From positions 1 to 10,917 of the forward strand of contig JAVHPP010000107.1 in the NCBI GenBank assembly GCA_036170655.1: a DNA stretch of 10,917 nucleotides, read 5' to 3'. The position numbers were made by a program, and so were the translations under genes. Origin of the DNA: Candidatus Zixiibacteriota bacterium. Lineage in GTDB: Bacteria; Zixibacteria; MSB-5A5; WJJR01. The notes under the pieces are model-generated. The model was not told where the DNA came from. It saw only the letters and a list, made by a program, of their open reading frames with translations, and did no database searches. Positions 1 through 6,092 of the stretch are shown here, piece after piece (position 1 is the first letter of the stretch; the number at the start of each line of letters is the position of its first letter).

Positions 1-588
1 GCTGAACTTCTGGCACGGAGGACAGACGGCAATCCCCAGCAGCGTGAGATGGTGGAGAAAATCCTCACCGGTGCGCACCACCTGAACAGTCTGGTCGAGC
101 GGCTGCTCGAGTTTGCCCGAGAACCGCGCCTCGATCGCCGTCCTTTGCAATGGGACCGTTTTTTCCACGCGACCGTTGACCAGTACGAGGAGAATGCGAA
201 ACGGCGTGGCGCGCGCCTGACACTTGTGCGCAACTGGCCCGAGAATCTGCCCACTGGCCGTGCCGACGGTTTATGTCTGCGTCAGGCCATCTGGAACATT
301 CTCGAAAATGCGGAACAGGCCACCGACGGTCAGGGGAGAGTCGAAATCGCTGCAGAGCCCATGCCCGGCGGCGGTATCCGTTGTCGCATCTCGGACAACG
401 GGAACGGCGTGGATCCCAAGATTGCTGACCGGATCTTCTCGCCGTTCGTCACAACCAAGCAAAAGGGAACTGGCCTGGGGCTGGCCACATCCAGAAAGTT
501 TGTCGAGGCGCACGGTGGCGCCATTCGCATCGAAAGTCAGCCCGGCGCCGGTGCCACAGTCACTATCGAACTCCCTGACCGCGAATAA
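1..588 (+). CDS. Sensor histidine kinase, C-terminal part (end of HisKA plus HATPase_c), 5'-truncated by the window
   Basis: The frame is open from base 1 (AELLARRTDGNPQQREM...), so ATG 49 is internal. N box 'QAIWNILENAEQA', G1 'ISDNGNGV', F box 'IFSPFVTTK', G2 'GTGLGLA'. Directly upstream of a receiver-domain gene. Confidence 0.95.
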   Translation, partial: AELLARRTDGNPQQREMVEKILTGAHHLNSLVERLLEFAREPRLDRRPLQWDRFFHATVDQYEENAKRRGARLTLVRNWPENLPTGRADGLCLRQAIWNILENAEQATDGQGRVEIAAEPMPGGGIRCRISDNGNGVDPKIADRIFSPFVTTKQKGTGLGLATSRKFVEAHGGAIRIESQPGAGATVTIELPDRE

Positions 589-606
589 AGACGGGGGAAA
601 AAACAC

Positions 607-2046
607 ATGCCAGCTTCAATTCTCGTTGTCGACGATGATCCGTTGGTCAATGACTTCCTCGTGACCATGCTAAGCGAGGCGAACTTCGCCGTCGAGCGCG
701 CCTATTCGGGAAGCGATGCCCTCGAAAAGGTGGACGAACGCGAATTCGATCTGATCATTTCCGACGTGAAAATGGAGGGAATCGACGGTCTCGAACTGCT
801 GGATCGCGTGCACAACTCCGCTCCGGATACGGTGGTGATCATCATGACGGCGTTTGGGCAGATTGCCGATGCCGTCCGCGCGATGAAGGCGGGCGCCTTC
901 GAATATCTGGTCAAACCCGTCGGCGCTGACGCCACCGATGCGGTGGTCGCCCGCGCGCTTGAGTACCGACGCCTGAAAGTGGAAAACCGCATGCTCCGCG
1001 AGGCCGTCGGAAAGCGTTTCTCCTCTGAGCAATTGATCGGCCAATCCGAGAACATGAAGAAAGTCTTCTCGCTGATCGATGCGGTCACCAACTCACGCGC
1101 GACCGTGCTCATCACCGGTGAATCCGGCACTGGCAAGGAATTGGTCGCGCGCGCCATCCATTTCCGCGGCGTGCGCCGTCAAGGGCCGTTCGAGGCGATC
1201 AACTGTGCGGCCCTCCCCGAATCGCTCTTCGAGAGCGAGCTCTTTGGCCATGAGAAGGGGGCATTCACCAATGCCATTCGCCAGCGTCGGGGGCTTTTTG
1301 AGGCAGCCTCCGGCGGCACTCTGCTGCTCGATGAGATATCCGAGATTCCGCCAACATTGCAGGCCAAGCTCCTGCGTGTTCTTCAGGAGCGGGAGATCCA
1401 GCGTCTGGGTTCCGACAAGAAGGTGGAGGTGGACCTCCGTGTAATTGCCACGACCAACCGCCACATTCCCACGGAGATCGCTGCCGGCAATTTCCGTGAG
1501 GACTTGTTTTACCGCATCAACGTGGTGAACATCGATCTGCCGCCCCTGCGCGAACGGCCAGCGGACATCGCCGCCCTTGCCGAACACTTTACCCAGCGGT
1601 ACTGTCTGGAGAACGGACGTAAGCCCAAGCGTCTGTCGGACGCCGTGCTGAAACTCTTTGAACAATACCATTGGCCGGGCAATGTCCGTGAACTGGAAAA
1701 CTTCATCGAACGGGCGGTGGTCGTCGCGGGTGGCGATGTCCTGACGCCCGATGACTTCCCCCGCGAGCTGGTCACGGGCGGACCACGCCCCAAGGTGGCG
1801 GGCGGCATACAAGCGGGACTCTCGATCTACGAAATGGAGAAACAATTGATCCTGGCAACACTCGATGCGGAAGGAAACAACCAGACACGCGCCGCCGACC
1901 GATTGGGAATCTCCTCGCGCACGCTCCGCAACAAGCTGCACGAATACGGTCTTAAGGGACCTTCCACCAGTACGGTAACAGAGACGGAAGCAGCCCCGGT
2001 GGATGCCGACGATCCTGTTTTCGAGGCCGGAGGGATAGACGGATGA
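607..2046 (+). CDS. Sigma54-dependent response regulator (REC - AAA+ - Fis-type HTH), NtrC/FleR family
   Basis: Receiver 'ILVVDDD...LIISDVKM...MTAFG...YLVKP'; Walker A 'GESGTGKE'; 'ESELFGHEKGAFTNA'; Walker B 'LLLDE'; 'FREDLFYRINV'; 'WPGNVRELEN'; HTH 'NQTRAADRLGISSRTLRNKL'. G-rich SD-like GGGGG at 593-597. Confidence 0.96.
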   Translation: MPASILVVDDDPLVNDFLVTMLSEANFAVERAYSGSDALEKVDEREFDLIISDVKMEGIDGLELLDRVHNSAPDTVVIIMTAFGQIADAVRAMKAGAFEYLVKPVGADATDAVVARALEYRRLKVENRMLREAVGKRFSSEQLIGQSENMKKVFSLIDAVTNSRATVLITGESGTGKELVARAIHFRGVRRQGPFEAINCAALPESLFESELFGHEKGAFTNAIRQRRGLFEAASGGTLLLDEISEIPPTLQAKLLRVLQEREIQRLGSDKKVEVDLRVIATTNRHIPTEIAAGNFREDLFYRINVVNIDLPPLRERPADIAALAEHFTQRYCLENGRKPKRLSDAVLKLFEQYHWPGNVRELENFIERAVVVAGGDVLTPDDFPRELVTGGPRPKVAGGIQAGLSIYEMEKQLILATLDAEGNNQTRAADRLGISSRTLRNKLHEYGLKGPSTSTVTETEAAPVDADDPVFEAGGIDG

Positions 2047-2462
2047 GTCTGCGGCAACGTCTTCTTAGCCGGTTGCTGGGGTTAGCGCTGATCATCTCCG
2101 GCGGTTTTGGGCCACTGAGTAGTGTGACCGCTGGCACAGCCGCCAAGGTCCAGCCGCAAAGACCGCGGCCGATGGTCGATCTCTATATGCTCATTGGCGA
2201 GAACCCCATCTGGTTTGGTTCCTCATTAGGTTATACGGTCTATCAGACTAGTCGTGTTGAAGCGCGCATCATGACCGCCGCGGGTGAAATCGTTCTGATA
2301 TTCAATCAGGGAGACCAGCAACCCGGCCAGTACACCCTCCCCTTCGATGGTACGAGGGATGGATCGCCCCTGGCGGGCTACTACACTTTTGAGTTGTACT
2401 TCGGGGACGAATACGCGGCCAAGTACCAGATGATCGCCAATCCGCTCCCCCAGCCACTCTGA
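2043..2462 (+). CDS. Small exported protein with a probable FlgD Ig-like domain
   Basis: ATGA overlap with the regulator's stop codon. The N-terminus is basic then hydrophobic, like a signal peptide. The C-terminal pattern 'VEARIMTAAGEIV..FNQGDQQPGQYTLPFDGTRDGSPLAGYYTFEL' resembles the FlgD_ig pattern (I.D..G..V...G...G......WDG....G..L..G.Y). Family assignment is by eye. Confidence 0.7.
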   Translation: MSLRQRLLSRLLGLALIISGGFGPLSSVTAGTAAKVQPQRPRPMVDLYMLIGENPIWFGSSLGYTVYQTSRVEARIMTAAGEIVLIFNQGDQQPGQYTLPFDGTRDGSPLAGYYTFELYFGDEYAAKYQMIANPLPQPL

Positions 2463-2469
2463 GCGGAAT

Positions 2470-2682
2470 ATGCTGTCGGCTCTGCTCCCAGTCCTCAGGC
2501 ACGACGTGGTCCAATGGCCGGACCAGCGGGAGGTTCCCTGCCGCGACATGGACTTTGATTGCTTTGCGTTCGACGGTGTGATCCCATTCGGTGACTACGC
2601 CCGCTGCGAGGCCTATGCTCCCGAGCTGGGGCGTTGCATCTTTCTCTCTGAATCTGGAGCGAGACGTGAAGCCGGATGTTGA
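2470..2682 (+). CDS. Putative small Cys-rich protein (70 aa), function unknown
   Basis: The ATG lies 7 nt after the upstream stop, with GAGCGG just before it. G/C at third codon positions is 47/70 by hand count (45/59 in the first 59 codons), consistent with coding. Cys at 24, 31, 46, 56 and 70. Confidence 0.55.
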   Translation: MLSALLPVLRHDVVQWPDQREVPCRDMDFDCFAFDGVIPFGDYARCEAYAPELGRCIFLSESGARREAGC

Positions 2683-2810
2683 CAGCATGGTTGCAGCCGT
2701 TGCTCCCACGAAACACCAACCGCAGGAAATTGCACGACCAGCGATTCCCGCGTGCACGGGGGAAAGCCACGGTCCTGGCACCGTTTTTCATGGGGCAGAA
2801 CCGGCGTAGG

Positions 2811-4142
2811 ATGAAGCACATCCGATTTGCATCGGTCATCACACCCGCTCTGTTGCTGGTTGGCGCGGCTCCGACCATGGCGTCCGAGCTTCCGTCCGGC
2901 GCCGCTGACGACACGATTGTCACCGTCCTGATTGCTCTGGTCGTCATCATGCTGGCGGCCAAGCTCGGCGGCAGCGTGGCCGCACGGTTTCGTCAGCCCG
3001 CGGTCTTGGGCGAACTAATCCTAGGCGTCATCCTCGGTAGTCTGTCGCTGGTCGGTGTCCCTTGGTTCGAGTTGATCAAACAGTCTCACACCATCGAACT
3101 GCTTGCGGAAATCGGCGTCATCATCCTTTTGTTTCAGGTCGGGCTTGAATCCAATCTTGGCGAAATGATGCAGGTCGGTCTATCGTCGTTGCTAGTGGCC
3201 TCGCTCGGTGTCGTCGCCCCGTTCTTCCTCGGGTGGGGGGTCGGCGCCTGGTTTTATCCGCACGCCTCGGTTTACATGCACATGTTTCTTGGTGCCACGC
3301 TGACGGCGACCTCGGTCGGTATCACCGCACGCGTGTTCAAGGACCTGAATCGTATCCACACCAATGAGGCGAGGATCGTCCTCGGGGCGGCGGTCATCGA
3401 TGATGTCATGGGACTTGTGATCCTCGCCATCGTTGCCGGAGTCATCACGGCTGCTGGCGGTGGACAATCGCTCAGTTCTCTTGGTGTCCTCTGGCTTCTG
3501 GCCAAGGCCATCTTGTTTCTCGGAGGTTCAATTGTCCTGAGCCGCTTGATCTATCCGCGTCTGTTCAAAGTGGCTGACTTTCTCAGAGTTCATGCGATGC
3601 TTTTGATCACGGCGCTCATGACCTGTTTTGTCCTGGCCATTCTGGCGGCCAAGGCCGGGTTGGCGCCTATTGTTGGCGCCTTTGCGGCGGGATTGATCCT
3701 CGATGATGTCTACTATCGCGATCTCCGCAGTTTTGCCCAACATCACGTCGAGGAACTCGTGGAGCCGATCGCCGACTTTCTCGTGCCCATCTTCTTTGTC
3801 CTGATGGGCATGCGTGTCGATTTGTCCACGTTTGGCCGGGTGTCGGTTCTGGGATTCGCACTGGTTCTGACCCTCGCCGCCGTTCTCGGCAAACAACTCT
3901 CTTCGTTCGGAGTTGTGACCAAGAATACCAACCATTGGATTGTCGGGCTGGGCATGATTCCGCGCGGTGAAGTTGGTTTGATTTTTGTCAGCATCGGCGC
4001 CGGACTGATGGTTGCCGGAGAGAAAATAGTCTCCCCCGAGGTCTACTCTGCGGTCGTGATCATGGTGATCTTCACAACTCTCATGACCCCACCGATCCTG
4101 AATTGGGCGTTCTGTCGGCGGAGTGCGCCGCCCTCAGCATAG
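2811..4142 (+). CDS. Cation:proton antiporter, CPA2 family (NapA/NhaS3-like Na+/H+ antiporter)
   Basis: Many hydrophobic helices; motifs 'QPAVLGEL', 'LLFQVGLES', 'TATSVGITARV', 'GAAVIDDVMGL' (tandem DD), 'GAFAAGLIL', 'PIFFVLMG', 'GMIPRGEVGLIF'. The start is uncertain: the ORF-track start at 2676 looks too long, and in-frame ATGs occur at 2790, 2811 and 2877. ATG 2811 gives a signal-peptide-like 'MKHIRFASVITPALLLVGAAPTMA'. Confidence 0.92.
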   Translation: MKHIRFASVITPALLLVGAAPTMASELPSGAADDTIVTVLIALVVIMLAAKLGGSVAARFRQPAVLGELILGVILGSLSLVGVPWFELIKQSHTIELLAEIGVIILLFQVGLESNLGEMMQVGLSSLLVASLGVVAPFFLGWGVGAWFYPHASVYMHMFLGATLTATSVGITARVFKDLNRIHTNEARIVLGAAVIDDVMGLVILAIVAGVITAAGGGQSLSSLGVLWLLAKAILFLGGSIVLSRLIYPRLFKVADFLRVHAMLLITALMTCFVLAILAAKAGLAPIVGAFAAGLILDDVYYRDLRSFAQHHVEELVEPIADFLVPIFFVLMGMRVDLSTFGRVSVLGFALVLTLAAVLGKQLSSFGVVTKNTNHWIVGLGMIPRGEVGLIFVSIGAGLMVAGEKIVSPEVYSAVVIMVIFTTLMTPPILNWAFCRRSAPPSA

Positions 4143-4309
4143 GGCGTGGAGCGAACCTTGCGGGAACACGGCAGCCGGCAACGATGTAGGCTATTCGGGA
4201 TCCCGAGGCGGCGCTGCGAGTTCAGATATCAGTCGCGGGGGATCACTGAAGATCTGCTCAACGACGGCAACGCAAAGAGAGAGGCACGCCCGACGAAAGG
4301 ACAGGTCGC

Positions 4310-5785
4310 ATGAGTGAGTTCATTACCCGCCGGCAGTTCCTGGGACACAGCATTCTGGCGACAACCGCGGTCGCCGTCTCGTCACTCGAGTTTCTGGATG
4401 TCACGAATGCGCGCGCCGCACGCGGTGGCGCGGGTGGAAAGGTGATCATTCTCGGTGCTGGTCTCGCCGGATTATCGGTCGGATACGAACTGACCCAGGC
4501 CGGCAACGACGTCGTGATCTTCGAGGCACGACCGTATGCCGGCGGTCGCGTGCACACGCTACGCAAACCATTCGCGGACGGGCTTTACGCCGAAGCCGGC
4601 GCGACGCGTATTCCTGAGGATCACGATCTGACCATGAAGTACGTCAAGCTGTTCGACCTCACGCTGGACGAGTTCCGCCCGATCGATCTTCTCGATGTTC
4701 AGTACATCCACGGAAAGCGAATCGTTGCGCATCACGGTGATCCGGTTGACTGGCCCGTGGACCTGACCCTTGAGGAGAAAGATCTCGGCCCGACCGGGCT
4801 TCGGCAGAAGTATATCAACCCGGTCCTGAGCGACATGGGGGATGTTTCATCGCCGGACTGGGTACCCCCCGATCAGGTGAAGAAGTACGATGACATGACA
4901 TGGATCGGCTTCTTGCGCGGCCAGGGCTTATCCCCCGGAGCGATTGAACTTCTCACCTTGGGTCACAGCGGAGGTATGGCTGACGAAGTCTCCGCGCTGC
5001 AGATGCTGCGTGTCTCGGCCCAAAGCCGGAAACGGCGGCAGATGTACAAAATCAGAGGCGGAAACGATCTGCTGCCACAAGCATTTGCATCACGATTGGC
5101 GAAGAAGATCCGCTACAGCACACCGGTCGTCAGGATCGATCAGGATGATCGGGGCGTTCGCGCGACCGTTTTGGACTCGGGGAAACAACAGATCGTCGAG
5201 GGTGCTCGGCTCATCTCCGCGATTCCATTCTCCGTCCTGAGAACCATCGAAATCAGTCCCAAGTTTTCTCCGGAGAAGCAGCGCGCGATTGACCAGTTGT
5301 GGTACACGTCAATCGCGCGTACCTACCTGCAAACGAAGAAGAGATTCTGGCTGGACGAGGGCGTGTCGGGTTTCGGCCGCACCGATCTTCCCATTCTGGA
5401 AACTTGGGACCTCAGTCACAATCTTCCGGGGGCGCATGGGATTCTGCTGGCCTATTCTTCGGGTGAACCCGCGAGAAGAGTGGCCGCGATGAGAGAGCCC
5501 GATCGCATATCCTTCGCGCTGGAACATATGGAACAGCTCTACCCCGGCCTCCATGAGCAGTACGAACTCGGCACATCCGTTTGCTGGGACGAGGAGCAGT
5601 GGACACGCGGGGGATGGGCATGGCTGAAGCCGGGCCAGGCCGCGTCGATCCTTCCCCATGTTGCGCGTCCCGAAGGACGAATCCACTTCGCAGGCGATCA
5701 CACGACCGCGTGGTCCTCATGGATGCAGGGGGCGCTGCAGTCGGGGAATCGGGTCGCCGCAGAGATCGCGTCCCTCTCACGTTGA
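4310..5785 (+). CDS. Tat-exported flavin monoamine oxidase / L-amino-acid oxidase family protein
   Basis: Twin-arginine 'TRRQFL' with a hydrophobic stretch and AxA; FAD-binding 'ILGAGLAGL'; 'FEARPYAGGRVHT'; 'AEAGATRIP'; C-terminal 'RIHFAGDHT...WMQGALQSG'. SD AAAGGA at 4296-4301. Confidence 0.92.
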   Translation: MSEFITRRQFLGHSILATTAVAVSSLEFLDVTNARAARGGAGGKVIILGAGLAGLSVGYELTQAGNDVVIFEARPYAGGRVHTLRKPFADGLYAEAGATRIPEDHDLTMKYVKLFDLTLDEFRPIDLLDVQYIHGKRIVAHHGDPVDWPVDLTLEEKDLGPTGLRQKYINPVLSDMGDVSSPDWVPPDQVKKYDDMTWIGFLRGQGLSPGAIELLTLGHSGGMADEVSALQMLRVSAQSRKRRQMYKIRGGNDLLPQAFASRLAKKIRYSTPVVRIDQDDRGVRATVLDSGKQQIVEGARLISAIPFSVLRTIEISPKFSPEKQRAIDQLWYTSIARTYLQTKKRFWLDEGVSGFGRTDLPILETWDLSHNLPGAHGILLAYSSGEPARRVAAMREPDRISFALEHMEQLYPGLHEQYELGTSVCWDEEQWTRGGWAWLKPGQAASILPHVARPEGRIHFAGDHTTAWSSWMQGALQSGNRVAAEIASLSR

Positions 5786-5789
5786 CGCA

Positions 5790-5820
5790 CAGCCGAAAAG
5801 TCCGGCTGGATAACTTTTAT
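5790..5820 (+). terminator. Possible weak intrinsic terminator after the oxidase gene
   Basis: Stem CAGCCG (5790-5795) / CGGCTG (5803-5808) starting 5 nt after the stop, followed by GATAACTTTTAT. The U-tract is short and offset from the stem. Confidence 0.3.
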
Positions 5821-5976
5821 GCAGACGTCCTCGCAGCGGTCCGAAAACAAGCCGGTGTTTGCAATATCTCTGCTCAATCCTTCCAGTCCTCGTCACGGAA
5901 TTGTCATCGATTATGATCCCTTGGCTGCGTGTCGTCATTTTGCGATACTTCGCGGGCGTGGAGCGCGTAGAACTTG

Positions 5977-5990
5977 ATGACCTTTATCAT
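5977..5990. promoter_or_regulatory. Palindromic ATGA-N6-TCAT site with Crp/Fnr-type geometry upstream of hemA
   Basis: ATGACCTTTATCAT has the TGA-N6-TCA core shared by FNR and CRP sites and lies about 100 bp upstream of the hemA start. Confidence 0.4.
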
Positions 5991-6007
5991 TCATGGCAAA
6001 AGCGCTT

Positions 6008-6028
6008 CCGTATGACACCCGTATGACA
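6008..6028. repeat. Perfect 10-bp direct repeat CCGTATGACA x2 with an 11-bp period
   Basis: Copies at 6008-6017 and 6019-6028. The minus strand reads TGTCATACGG-G-TGTCATACGG. Confidence 0.8.
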
Positions 6029-6068
6029 ACCACGAAATTCATCCTAATTCCTTGCGGGTGACTGGGAC

Positions 6069-6092
6069 GATAAGGGGATAAGAGGATAAGAG
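6069..6092 (+). repeat. Triple tandem 8-nt repeat GATAAG(G/A)G covering the hemA ribosome-binding region
   Basis: GATAAGGG (6069-6076), GATAAGAG (6077-6084), GATAAGAG (6085-6092), immediately followed by ATG 6093. Confidence 0.8.

Noticed and set aside
593..603. G5A6 run between the kinase and regulator genes as a slippage element
   Set aside because: The runs are short and adequately explained as an SD plus an A-rich spacer.
1093..1941. 282-aa minus-strand ORF and other long antisense ORFs (6795-7418, 7346-7975, 9435-10064)
   Set aside because: They lie opposite well-supported genes and have no recognisable motifs. Such shadow ORFs are expected in GC-rich coding DNA.
2679..2707. Perfect TTGACA -35 hexamer, also a near sigma54 match TGACAG-N5-TTGCA
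   Set aside because: No -10 element at 16-18 bp spacing, and the sigma54 reading lacks the -24 GG.
2776..2791. Sigma54-like promoter TGGCAC-CGTTT-TTCAT before the antiporter
   Set aside because: The -24 element is good, but the -12 position reads CA instead of the near-invariant GC. Not supportable without TSS data.
2676..2810. ORF-track N-terminal extension of the antiporter
   Set aside because: Arg-rich and not protein-like, overlaps the small Cys-rich ORF, and family-like sequence begins only near ATG 2811.
4310..5785. Oxidase interpreted as HemY-type protoporphyrinogen/coproporphyrinogen oxidase because of its position
   Set aside because: Its motifs (GATRIP, FAGDHT, WMQGALQSG) are LAAO/MAO-type and it has a Tat export signal, whereas HemY acts on the cytoplasmic side.
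6008..6092. Short repeats as a possible CRISPR remnant
   Set aside because: The units are only 8-10 bp with no spacers, and there are no cas genes in the window.
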